A stretch of DNA of 64,000 bases from an uncultured delta proteobacterium (GTDB lineage: Bacteria > Desulfobacterota > Desulfomonilia > Desulfomonilales > Desulfomonilaceae): positions 320,001 through 384,000 of the forward strand of contig CAWBKB010000001.1 of the NCBI GenBank assembly GCA_963789265.1, written 5' to 3'. A program made the position numbers and the translations under genes. Under the pieces are notes generated by a model that was given only the letters and a program-made list of their open reading frames with translations, was not told the origin of the DNA and made no database searches. Below are positions 23,225-33,628 of this stretch, piece after piece; within the stretch, counting starts at the first letter, position 1, and each line of letters starts with the position of its first letter.

Positions 23225-23339
23225 TTGCTTGCTTATTTATTTGGCGAAGATCTATCGCCGCCGACAGGCTACTCGCTCTCCGTCCAAGAGACAGACCACC
23301 TTGCTACCTTTGGCCAACCACTGTTTCTTCAAAACTTCT

Positions 23340-24273
23340 TCACGCAGCCCGATGTTCTTCCACGAACCTCCTAATGTTCCTGTGGAGGAAGTTCCGCATC
23401 AGGTCCGCGATCTTGTCGCCGTCCTCTTCAAGCGCGAAGTGTCCTGTGTCGAGAAGGTGAAACTCCAGGTTCTTCAGGTCTCTCTTGTAGGGTTCAGCGC
23501 CGGTTGCAGGGAAGATGGGATCGTTCTTTCCCCAGACAATGAGCGTCGGCGGCTGGTGCTCACGGAAATAGGCCTGCCACTTCGGGTACAGCGGTGGGTT
23601 GCTGCCGTAGCTATGAAAAAGAGCGAGCTGGATCTCAGCATTTCCCTGCCGGTCGAGCAGTGGCTGGTCAATGTTCCAGGTATCAGGACTGATTGTCTCC
23701 TTGTCCCGAACCCCCTCGGTGTATTGCCATACGGTGGCTTCCCGGGTGAGGAAGCGGCGCAGGGGCTTATCGCGCTCTGCCGTCTTTTCCTTCCAGTAAG
23801 CCTTGAGCGGTGTCCAGAAATCGTTGTCAATGCCCTCGTCGTAGGCGTTGCCGTTCTGCACCACCAAGGCCTGGACGAGGTCGGGGTGCTTGGTAGCCAG
23901 ACGGTAGCCGACAGGCGCGCCATAATCCTGAACGTACAGTGTGGTACTTCTTCAGTCCAACCGCATCGGTGAACTTGTCGATCACATCGGCCAGATTATC
24001 GAAGGTGTACTCGAACTCGTCCACGGTCGGCATCGAGCTATTGCCAAAGCCGGGGTAGTCCGGTGCAACCAAGTGGAACTCATCGGCCAGCGCCGGGATC
24101 AGGTTGCGGAACATCTGCGAACTGGTCGGGAAGCCGTGTAGCAGGAGCACGGCGGGGGCGTCCTTCGGTCCTGCCTCGCGGTAGAAAATATCCAGACCGT
24201 CTATCTTCGCAGTCCGGTAGGCCACCCTTGCTGAAGTTAACGCTCCTGCGGAAGTTTCATTCTCTGTTTTCAT
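23340..24273 (-). CDS. Alpha/beta hydrolase (epoxide hydrolase/dehalogenase-like), frameshifted near 23940
   Basis: [37 protein letters not shown] across two overlapping ORFs. Confidence 0.85.
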
Positions 24274-25153
24274 GATTGTTCTCCTTAGTGCTGTTTCTTA
24301 TTTGCTCCGATGCTTGATCGCCCTTGCCTCGCGGAACGTGAGCCGAGCAGTGGTCCGCTGTGTAGAAATCGTGGGGCGAGATCGAGACCTTGAAGATGCG
24401 CTCCGTGTTCCGCACTCTTCTCCGACGCTGCTGTTGGCCACTTCCTACGCGAAGGCCGGTCAATTCAAACATCATGCTGCGGGTCTATGAATATCAGAGC
24501 TTTCCCAATGCCTTTTGACGGAGACGGCTTCTTGCCAGGCTTTTGTTCAGAAAATTTTGATGGTTAAACCAGTACAAATTCCAGCATTCCGCGCACAAAT
24601 TCCGATTTTGCCAAGAACCCGGCCGGACTCCGTTAAACAAAAATTGTACATTGGCCCGGCGTCAGTCAACACGACAACTAAAGCAAAGAATTGGGGTCAG
24701 GTCTTGTTTCTTGCCTTTTGCCGTTGCCGTTGGTAGAGCCTGCTCCCTGTAGAGCAGTGGAGTCAAACGTGCGCAGTGATCTCATGGTGTGAAAAGCCGT
24801 ACTGCAGATGGGCTTTGTCGACTGCCCTGTCTCGTTTCGATGCGGACCGAACTCACGGCAAGAGTCCATCGAGAGACGGGAAATTCCGGGGACACCATGC
24901 TTTTTTCCCGTACCGCATATGGCGATAGAATTTTCTACTTGGCCGCTGATGACGTTTGATGTTGGTGTCAGGCATTGAAATGCCATTATAGGTCGCACAG
25001 AAATTTCAATATACTTCGTCATATTCAGGTAATAACAGTCTGTTCAAATAAGCCATCAGAGATTCGTCTGGATGTCAAATTTCAAGACCTGCCCCGTTTT
25101 TTCATCTAGCGGTGTGTTCTTTTATTGCCCTTTGTGCAGGGCCAGTATTCTAT

Positions 25154-25765
25154 TCACCCTGTGGTAAGGTAAAATATGACAAGTGTCACCGGTGGTGCAG
25201 TGAGCAGCAGGGCATAAAGTCCATATGTATTACAAATATTTCTAAGACCTATCCGTCGGGCCGAGCACCAATCAATCTGAAAATCCGCTCGATTCTTAGC
25301 CTTGAAAAGTTCAAAGTCGATGACATCGTGATTTTCCTGATATCGCCGCAAAATGCTAGCATATCGTTTTGATATCTTTTGGATTTGCTCAGGAGTATGG
25401 CCATTTTCCTCATTGTAGGGCGCTAGCTGGAGAAGATCGTTGTAAACATTGGTGATCTCGTTGGCGCAGTTATAGAGCCTTTCAGCCCTAAGTTGATAAT
25501 TCTTGGAAGCCTCAAGCAATGACAGCACCAATATGAACAATGACGCCAACAGCGTGGTAAATGCCAGAATATTTAGATATTTTACATTGAACACGAGAAA
25601 ATATGGTGCTAACCGCAAGCCAATTACATATATGCTCAGAATCGCGATCGATAAGATAGACCAGAGACTTTTTGTCTTGCAGCGCCTGTAGGTATTATAT
25701 CTAGCTCCTTTAGTGACCCACATTTTTTTGGCAAGCTCTTGTCCAAACGGAGTTTTTTCTGCCAC
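25154..25765 (-). CDS. SLATT-domain membrane effector
   Basis: MWVTKGARYN..RR, two TM helices, SLLE...YQLRAERLYNCANEI, Y..IL..YQENH..IDF, C-terminal TM. Confidence 0.85.
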   Translation of the reverse strand: MAEKTPFGQELAKKMWVTKGARYNTYRRCKTKSLWSILSIAILSIYVIGLRLAPYFLVFNVKYLNILAFTTLLASLFILVLSLLEASKNYQLRAERLYNCANEITNVYNDLLQLAPYNEENGHTPEQIQKISKRYASILRRYQENHDVIDFELFKAKNRADFQIDWCSARRIGLRNICNTYGLYALLLTAPPVTLVIFYLTTG

Positions 25766-25925
25766 GAGGCGCCTCCGGGTGTTCGCTTTGTCGAGCGTAG
25801 GGGCCGCCTCTGAAATAAAAAAACTCTCCGAAGTGCTATGCCTCGGAGATCCTGGGCCTCACAGGGCTCGGATTACAAATACCCCCGCCGTGCTGACAGG
25901 AGCCTCCCTTGCGGGGAGGCAACCC
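25766..25925 (-). ncRNA. Candidate structured ncRNA of the RT-SLATT system
   Basis: Four predicted stem-loops in 160 nt with a single-stranded AGUUUUUUUAUUUCA segment between two of them. Confidence 0.5.
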
Positions 25926-26447
25926 CTACGAAATCAATCCTACATCAAGATCAAGATCTGACAAGTGTTTTTTCTTCACGCCGATAAATAAGATTTCGAT
26001 TTGCTCGCGTGAATAGCGTTTTTCAGGATTCAACAATCCCCTATCAGCTAAGTATTTGATTTTGGCAGGGACTGTCTCATATAATTCATAATTTTGTATG
26101 TAGCCACCAAAGGTGTCATACTTTATCTTGTAAAATGCAGTTGACAATTTCTTTAGCTGCCCAGGCGTGCGGTAGTCGAAATCAGATAGCCTGCGAAAAA
26201 AACCTCTAATGATTCCGTCCAATTTATGGAGTAACTGCATGTCATTGATCTCTGCGAAGTAAAATAACCAACCATATCGTTTCTGCTCACTAATCGCTCC
26301 AGTTATTTTTTCGTTGAGATCTTCTATGAAGACCCGTTCTTGGGTTTCCTTGGTCATCCATCCGCATTTCTTCAATTGGTCCCCCGAATTATGAAGGTAC
26401 CAGGTGAACCTGGCAGCTATCGAAGTGAGGAATCTCTCTATATTTTG

Positions 26448-28057
26448 GGGTGCCGCGATTTCTTGTCATGAGTGGCTCAAGTAAAAACGAGTAGATAGCA
26501 CGGAGAAAGGAGTGGTTTCCGGTCCTCTTATGGGGTACATGACGTTTGGCGAACGATGTATCCGCTGGGGAGGACCGGATATGGAACAAGGAATACCGAA
26601 CATAATCTCGCTGGTCAATGAGATTCTCGCCTTTGTGCGAGAGTCAGCGCAAGGAATGGAAATCGGGGAAGTAGAAAGGCAGCTTCTTCCCATGGTGATG
26701 GCGGTCGGGAAAGCGGCTCTTGAAGAATTTGTGTCTGAAAAGGGGACCGGATATGCCGGCAAGGAGATCATCGAACCCCAGGGCCATCGATTGCCATATG
26801 TTCGTGACAGGGGATGTGCATATCGGTCCATCTTTGGAACGATATCCATCCGGAGAGCCTACTATCACGCAACCGGCTCACCGGGAGTCTTTCCTTTGGA
26901 TGGAGAGATCAACTTGCCTGAGAGAGGCTATTCATACCTGGTTCAGGAGTTCTCTTCCCGGCTTGCGGTTTCGATGAGCTACGAGGATGCGGAGGAGATT
27001 TTTCGTTCCTTCTTTCCCGTAAGGATGCCAATTCGTTCACTGGAGAGCATTGTGGGAGACGTCTGCGACGAGGTGGATCGATACTACGCAGAGAAGGCCC
27101 CGCCGGATCTTTGTCCGGATGCTGTGGTAACGGTCGCTACCGTAGACAAGAAGGGGGTGGTTATTCGTAAGCCCCAGGAAGGCGGGGCCGGTCCCGAGAG
27201 GGTCTCCGTTGATCCCGACAAGCCCGGAAAGAAGAAGATGGCAACCGTGATCTCCACCTACGTCACTCCACGTTACGTCCGCACGGAGGACGACATTGTC
27301 CGTGAGGTATCGGACGAGGGTAGTTTCGATTCCAGGCCCAAACCCCAGGACAAGCTTACGTGGGGCAGCCTCACCGATGGTTCGGAAAAGACGGTGGCCC
27401 GCCTGAAGAAGGCTGTCGAACAGCGATTGCCGAAAGGTAACGAGCTGGTCTGTATCCTGGACGGAGAGCGTTCTCTCTGGGCACTGGTATGCGCATATTT
27501 TCCTGCAGCCTTTTTCGTGCTGGACATCTTTCACGTCCTGGAACACTTGGGGAAAGCCGCTCTTTGCTTTTATGACGAGGGCAGCCCGCAAGCCAGAGAA
27601 TTCGTGACGGAGAGATTGAGAATGCTCCTGGGCGGCAGGGCCGGCAGGCTTATCGGCGGGCTCAAGCAGATGCTAACCAAGCAGGAACTCTCCGGCGCCA
27701 AGAAACATTGCATCGAACAAGTCATCGGGTATCTCCAACGAAACCGCAAGCACATGCGGTACGAAATCTGCTTGGCAAAAGGCTATCCCATCGGCAGCGG
27801 GGTCATTGAAGGAGCATGTCGCAACCTCATCAACGACAGATTGGAACTCACGGGGATGAGTTGGACGATCCATGGAGCGGAAAGCATGATCCACCTGAGG
27901 GCCGTTCACATCAACAACGACTGGGATCTCTTTTGGAATTATAGACGAAGATCGGAGAGGCGACGCCTCTACGGCATCGAAGATACAAACTCTCCCGAGA
28001 TCCGGGATCAAGAACTACCGCGTGCCGCATAACTCCTGACAGAAAGTAGCGGCACCC
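26448..28057 (+). mobile_element. ISKra4-family-like insertion sequence, 1610 bp
   Basis: Imperfect TIRs GGGTGCCGCGATTTCTTGTCA / GGGTGCCGCTACTTTCTGTCA; 9-bp TSD TATATTTTG at 26439-26447 and 28058-28066. Confidence 0.92.
26581..28032 (+). CDS. DDE transposase (ISKra4-like)
   Basis: TVDKKGV, ILDGE..LW, LDIFHVLEHL, GYPIGSGVIEGACR. Confidence 0.9.
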   Translation: MEQGIPNIISLVNEILAFVRESAQGMEIGEVERQLLPMVMAVGKAALEEFVSEKGTGYAGKEIIEPQGHRLPYVRDRGCAYRSIFGTISIRRAYYHATGSPGVFPLDGEINLPERGYSYLVQEFSSRLAVSMSYEDAEEIFRSFFPVRMPIRSLESIVGDVCDEVDRYYAEKAPPDLCPDAVVTVATVDKKGVVIRKPQEGGAGPERVSVDPDKPGKKKMATVISTYVTPRYVRTEDDIVREVSDEGSFDSRPKPQDKLTWGSLTDGSEKTVARLKKAVEQRLPKGNELVCILDGERSLWALVCAYFPAAFFVLDIFHVLEHLGKAALCFYDEGSPQAREFVTERLRMLLGGRAGRLIGGLKQMLTKQELSGAKKHCIEQVIGYLQRNRKHMRYEICLAKGYPIGSGVIEGACRNLINDRLELTGMSWTIHGAESMIHLRAVHINNDWDLFWNYRRRSERRRLYGIEDTNSPEIRDQELPRAA

Positions 28058-29154
28058 TATATTTTGTTCTCTTATGGTTACTTTGGGTAACTCTAAGTGA
28101 TAGCCCAAATAATCGTACGGGCAGTTGGAAATATTGCACTCCGTTTTTCTTTTACTGAGGTTCAAGTCCAATTCGGTCAGGTCACGGGTTATTTCTGTTT
28201 CAAGTTCGTCTGCATTTTCTTCCTGGACAAAGAACAAAATATCGTCCACGTACCTAAAATATTTGAGCCCGTACCGCTGAAATTTCTGGTCCAATTGATG
28301 GAGATAGATATTTGCTAGAATGTTTGATATCGCAAGACCCTGAGGTATTCCTTTGTCGGTCTTATACTGTCCGCGGTCAGATCTGCTGTTGAGTGGAACT
28401 GTTGGTGTGCTGACGGCTAGTTTCAGCAACGTAAGTATTTTCGGCGATTTAACCTTGGCACGAATAATCGACATAAGGACCAAGCGATTTATGCTATCAT
28501 AAAATGACTTGATGTCACCTTTGAAGTAACATAGAGTTTGCTGTCCATTCGATTTATCGAACTCTTTTATTTCTCTTATGTAATCATTTGGCAACCTTCT
28601 GTTCACAGAGAGCGGAAACACTTGATGCATGAATTCCTTCAATAAATACAAGACTATGCGATCGCGCATGGTAGCGACTGAAATCACTCTAGGAAGTTTG
28701 CCCCTGCCTTTGCTCAGTAACTTCTCAACGTATGGCGTAAATCTATATGTTCCTTTATTACATTTCCGATAAATAACTTGGAAGTGTTCTTTTTTATCTC
28801 GATTGAAGGTTTTAATACCAATTCGATCCAAACCTCTGGTCGGTTTTTTCGAGACAAAATTATCGTAAGCTGATTCAATGCTCTTTATAGAAAATAATCT
28901 CTTGAAACGTTCTGCAGGATAGGGCATCGCTGGCATATCACCGTTTCACAAAACTACCGCATCTTTTCTCTATCACAGCAACTGTTTCATTACAATTGAA
29001 ATCTGATACGTGGCACTACGGGAGGAAGTTTGGGGACGCTCTTAAAAAATTAACAAACTTTCTGCCGTAATCTGTAGTGATTCCCATGGGCAATCTTCTT
29101 TATTCTACGCGCGGCGTAGCCAACACTTGGAACTGTCATTCCAGGTGGGGGGCA

Positions 29155-29344
29155 GGGGTCAAGTCTACTCTTGGCTCATCTGCGCGCTGGCATCCAGTGC
29201 CGTAGGGGCGCCGAAGGGGTCAAGTGTGCTCTTGACTCACGTTGCGCGTGTTACTCGATGTCATGGTGCGCCTAAATGAGCCAAGAGCAGACCCGACCCT
29301 CTTTGGTTACAGCCGAACCATGAGTCAAGAGCAGACCTGACCCC
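29155..29344. repeat. Four REP-like units, two direct then two inverted
   Basis: GGGGTCAAGT..CTCTTG.CTCA at 29155 and 29216; ATGAG.CAAGAGCAGACC.GACCC at 29276 and 29320. Confidence 0.8.
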
Positions 29345-29545
29345 TTTGCCTCTTTCAGGCGCTGACGGAGGCTGTGCGCGACTCGGCCGTACCCTCAGGA
29401 AACACCCTCGTTCCTTGCTACGGAGAAGTTTTTCCTTGACGGAGGGCCTTTCAATGGGTGACCTCTTTCGAAGGTTCCAATTTCTTGAGGTATTTCTAAA
29501 GAAAGCGATTCGTTTCGGACAGCGAACCACTATAGGAGGCCTGTA

Positions 29546-30493
29546 ATGTCCTACAGTCAAACAGTATACGATCTTCTCGAAAATTTTGTTCCAATAGGAA
29601 CATTCTCGTATGCAGCGTTGGTGAGCCGAGAACCCCATTATGAGCATTTTGCTGAAAACGTCCGGGCAGCCGCCATTGCCTCAACATTGGGGCTTAAGAG
29701 CTTAGATTACGCAAAGCGCCGGTACGATTGTAAGGACCAGGGGGTAGAGACGGAAGTACTCCCAATTAACGCATATATCGACGCGTATCACTTTACGAAT
29801 TCATATGTGAGGAATTGCATTGCCTCTCTAAAGACTGATGAAAAGCCGGAGCCTTCTGCTGGAGAGTTTTGTGCGGCAGTTGTTCTCACAAGACTACCCT
29901 CCAGTTTTTTTTGCGCTCATTTAATGTACGAATTGGGGCACCGGTATGAGGGGCATGCAATATCGAGGCTTATTCTCGAACAACTTGCTTGGGCCTATGC
30001 GGCCTTCAAAGCTCAAGATGTAGAGATTGTAAAAAAAATCCGTACAACGAAAACATTGTCAACACTCACGTCATTTGCCCCCCAAGCGGGTGAGTTATAT
30101 GGTTTCTTAAGTAAGAAGACCCATATTGATTATTCGATTCATCCGGAGTTCTTAAGAATCTATGATGGTACAAATGCTATTATTCGAAGCCACGGCGACT
30201 ACATTTTGCCTGAATACGGTTCGGTAATCCTTCTGCTGGGCGATCTATTTGGTTTAGTATGGGAGGCATCTCAGTTTCAATATATAGTTTCACCGCAGGC
30301 GGTTGAATCGAGGCGAGGCACTTGTTTTCCCAAACCAGATCGAGCGTACCTTTTAAGCATGCAGGAATACCTGAGTAATATCGACCAAGCCGTACAGGAG
30401 GCTTATCATGCTCTAAATGAAGAATCGGGCGAAATTTCTGCGGCTCTGAGAATCTTTAGAGAATGGTCTACTCAGAGAGTAACTAACGGCTGA
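29546..30493 (+). CDS. Hypothetical protein, possibly DUF5677/HEPN-like
   Basis: 315-aa ORF with GGAGG RBS; SRLILEQ and LYGFLSKKTH motifs. Confidence 0.6.
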   Translation: MSYSQTVYDLLENFVPIGTFSYAALVSREPHYEHFAENVRAAAIASTLGLKSLDYAKRRYDCKDQGVETEVLPINAYIDAYHFTNSYVRNCIASLKTDEKPEPSAGEFCAAVVLTRLPSSFFCAHLMYELGHRYEGHAISRLILEQLAWAYAAFKAQDVEIVKKIRTTKTLSTLTSFAPQAGELYGFLSKKTHIDYSIHPEFLRIYDGTNAIIRSHGDYILPEYGSVILLLGDLFGLVWEASQFQYIVSPQAVESRRGTCFPKPDRAYLLSMQEYLSNIDQAVQEAYHALNEESGEISAALRIFREWSTQRVTNG

Positions 30494-30560
30494 ACAACTC
30501 CTTGCGCGGAAGGGGGGACGCTCTCAAACCACACTGCACGTCCCTCAATTTTATGTTTCT

Positions 30561-31913
30561 CTATTTTTCCAAAAGCGTCTCCACTCCTGTCCAATCGGAC
30601 GGGACGCCGTTCACCATGTAGTTGGCGCAGCGCTTAAGATATATTCGGGCAGCCAGATCTCCCGGATTCTTCTCCAGCACCTGGTTGAAATGAACACTGG
30701 CTTCGGAAAATTTCTTGCCATAGTAGAGCTGAATACCGCTTTCAAATGCAGGTTTCGTTTGCTCTTTCAAGCCGGCTCCGCTTTCAGGATCTCCCTCAAA
30801 TACTTCATAAACGGTAACAGAATCCTCTCTTCCCATTACACGCACTTTGTCCATGAAACGATGCCTGTATCGGTCCGGTTCTTTCATGGCAGAAAGAGTC
30901 TCGTCACTCAGGCTGACGTAGGAGCCGTACATCTTGTTCAAACCCTCGATGCGTGCGGCAAGGTTCACCGCATCCGCCACAACGGCTCCTTGCATACGAT
31001 CTTCACTACCGATGACGCCCAGCATGAGATCGGCACGGTGGAGTCCTATTCCAATTCCGATGGGCCCAAACCCGGCTCTCTCGCGTTCCTTGTTGTACTC
31101 GGCCACAGCCTCCTGCATTCGGACGGCTGCTCTCACAGCATCATCCGGTGTTCCAGGGAACAGGGCCATCACGCCGTCTCCATAGTACTGATCTATGAAC
31201 CCATTGCAGCCCTTAATCACCGGGCCGACTCGTCTCAGATAGGCATTGATGAAACTGAAAGCCTCCTCCGGGGTCATCTTTTCCAGCAGGGTGGTCCATC
31301 CCCGAATATCCGCAAACATGACGGTCATTTTCCGGCTCACCTGATCACCCAAACTGATTTCGAGAATACTATTCTTCTGCAGTAAATCGATGAACTCCCT
31401 CGGCACAAAACGCTCATAGACGTCGTTCAACGACGCCAACTCTGCAGTTCGTTCTTTCACCCTTTCTTCCAGGAGTTCAGTGTACATCCGGAGCTCGTTG
31501 TTTTTCTCTGCAAGATTCTGTTTCAAAAGACTCATGGTTAGATGAGTATTGACCCTCACATGAACTTCTTCAGGTTGAAAAGGCTTCGAGATGTAGTCCA
31601 CAGCCCCTGTCGCGAACCCCTTTACCTTATTGGCTGTATCGTCAAGAGCGGAAAGAAAAATGACCGGGATATCTCGAGTCGCCGGATCGGATTTAAGCCG
31701 ACTGCACACTTCAAATCCGTCCATTCCCGGCATCATAATGTCAAGGAGAATGAGATCCGGCCTCGGTTCTGCAACAGCCATTTTGAGCGCCTTCTCTCCA
31801 TTAATGGCCGCCACGATAGCGTATTGATCCTTCAGCGTCCCCATGAGGATTTGAATGTTTTCCGGGGTGTCATCCACAATGAGAACTTTGGGTTTTTTCT
31901 CACTATCTCCCAT
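30561..31913 (-). CDS. Response regulator with a class III adenylate/guanylate cyclase domain
   Basis: REC (DLILLDIMMPGMDG), VMFADIRG, DQYYGDGVMALF, DAVNLAARIE. Confidence 0.92.
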   Translation of the reverse strand: MGDSEKKPKVLIVDDTPENIQILMGTLKDQYAIVAAINGEKALKMAVAEPRPDLILLDIMMPGMDGFEVCSRLKSDPATRDIPVIFLSALDDTANKVKGFATGAVDYISKPFQPEEVHVRVNTHLTMSLLKQNLAEKNNELRMYTELLEERVKERTAELASLNDVYERFVPREFIDLLQKNSILEISLGDQVSRKMTVMFADIRGWTTLLEKMTPEEAFSFINAYLRRVGPVIKGCNGFIDQYYGDGVMALFPGTPDDAVRAAVRMQEAVAEYNKERERAGFGPIGIGIGLHRADLMLGVIGSEDRMQGAVVADAVNLAARIEGLNKMYGSYVSLSDETLSAMKEPDRYRHRFMDKVRVMGREDSVTVYEVFEGDPESGAGLKEQTKPAFESGIQLYYGKKFSEASVHFNQVLEKNPGDLAARIYLKRCANYMVNGVPSDWTGVETLLEK

Positions 31914-32118
31914 TTTTCTTCCCTCTATGGAGTATTGGTTAGCTCGGCTTTAGCCCCAAAAGAGCGGCTGAAAATAGACCGGCAGCCACACGTCTCTATT
32001 AAGGTGACCGGCAAGATGCCGGTCCTACTATACCAACCGGCAAGATGCCGGTGGCTGCTGTAAAATTCGGAGTGAGGTCAAAATCGTGGCACGAATGGGA
32101 TTTGCTTATGTCGAAATG

Positions 32119-32213
32119 CCCTCACCCCACCCCCCTCCCAGAGGGAGAGGGAGCATGACCAGAGCGGTTTTGCGCTTCCCTCGCCCTCAGGGAGAGGGAC
32201 CGAGGGTGAGGGG
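32119..32213. repeat. CCCTCACCC-type palindromic repeat
   Basis: CCCTCACCCC...GGGAGAGGG...GGGAGAGGG...GGGTGAGGG. Confidence 0.6.
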
Positions 32214-32431
32214 ATTCGTGCTCCGATTTCTGCTCGTTCCACGAATTCTGCAACAGTTTCGCCGGTCCTACCAGCAGTCTCTGGAATGATGATTGCTTGG
32301 TCATCGCATTCCAGCTACCATGTTCGTGCTACCGCAAACCGTACATGAAAGTTCTTGCCGGAGGGTCCGGGAACCGGCTTCTTTCAAGAAGCGGGTTCCC
32401 GGAATTCTTCCTTCTTCCGCTCCTCCCCATA

Positions 32432-33611
32432 TCACGGAATTCTTATCTCCAGGACAGAGAAATCATCCTCAAGCGTTTCTGAGCCTGCGATTTGCCGTAC
32501 GTGCGCCCACAGATCGTCCATGGTCGATTTGCCCCGGTCACCCGAATCCTCCAAGTAGGCCTTCAGGTCGTCGAACTCCCAACAGGCGCCGTTTTCATTC
32601 ATGATCTCATATACGCCATCGCTAAAAACATAGAGCCTAGCCGCAGGTTTGATCTGTACCCGGTCATATTCGAAATCTATGCCGTCCAGAACCACCTATA
32701 ATCATGTTCGGCGTTCTCAGTTCCATAATCTCTGAGGCGTTCCCGGCTGTGTCCTGAATCAACAGGGCCGGCGGGTGCCCTCCGCTGGCATAGGTCAAAA
32801 GGCGAGAAGAGCCATTGTACACGCCGTACCATATTGTAAAGTACATGCCCTGGTGGTTATCCATGGGAAAAACGGCATTAAGGCCAGCCAGAACTTGATC
32901 CGGTTTCCGAAAATCGACATTCTGCAAGTTCTTGGAACGGAGGACATTGAGCACAGACACTGAATGTAGTGCTGCTCCCACTCCATGTCCGCATACGTCA
33001 ATCAGGTAAATCGCGAACGAATCGTCATCGAGCCAGTGGTACCCTAAGGAGTCTCCTCCAAGGCTGGTGCATGGCACAAAACGCCAGTCGGCCTGCAAAG
33101 GTCCCTCCGTGATCGGTTGCGGTAGTATGAACTTGACGTATTCGGCAGCCTCGGCAAGTTCGCTATTGAGCATCCCGAGCACAGTCTCGAGCTTTGACCG
33201 CTGAATTGCCTCAACGTCACGCAGTATCTTTAGCTCCAGGTGGGCCTTAACCCTCGCTTTTACGACAGGAATGCTAAACGGCTTTGTAATATAGTCCACT
33301 GCGCCCAGCTCAAATCCCAGGGTTTCGTCTTCCACCTCGGTTTTGGCGGTTACGAAGATGATCGGGATGTGTTGTACTTGCTCGTCAGCTTTGAGTCTAC
33401 GGCACACTTCGTATCCATCCATCCCCGGCATCATGATATCCAGGAGAATGAGATCGGGCTTCGGTTCTGCCATAGCCATTTTGAGGGCCTTCTCTCCATT
33501 GATTGCCGCCACAATTGTATACTGATCCTTTAACGTCTCCATCAGCACCTGGATGTTTTCCGGCGTGTCATCCACGATCAGGACTTTGGGTTTTCGCCCG
33601 CCTTCCACCAT
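32432..33611 (-). CDS. Response regulator with a SpoIIE/PP2C phosphatase domain, frameshifted near 32695
   Basis: REC, LGGDS, IDVCGHGVGAA, ASGGHPP, then FSDGVYE and EDDFS in the next frame. Confidence 0.88.
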
Positions 33612-33628
33612 TATCTCCCTTTCCGTAG

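Larger units (their letters stand above)
25926..28936 (-). pseudogene. Defence-associated reverse transcriptase (DRT10/DRT9-like), 463 aa when rejoined, interrupted by an IS
   Basis: KGRGKLPRVIS, RDRIV, KGDIKSFYDSI, GIPQGLAISNILANIYL, YFRYVDD, YLGY; removing the IS and one TSD joins ...REQNI to ERFLTSI... in frame with KITGAISEQKRYGWLFYFAEIND. Confidence 0.9.

Noticed and set aside
27911..28936. RT as a retron, group II intron or CRISPR-associated RT
   Set aside because: No NAxxH/VTG motifs, no intron domain V/VI seen, about 23 kb from cas1; the ORF's apparent C-terminus is IS sequence
29155..29344. Mini CRISPR array
   Set aside because: Units are degenerate and switch orientation, which fits REP-like inverted repeats
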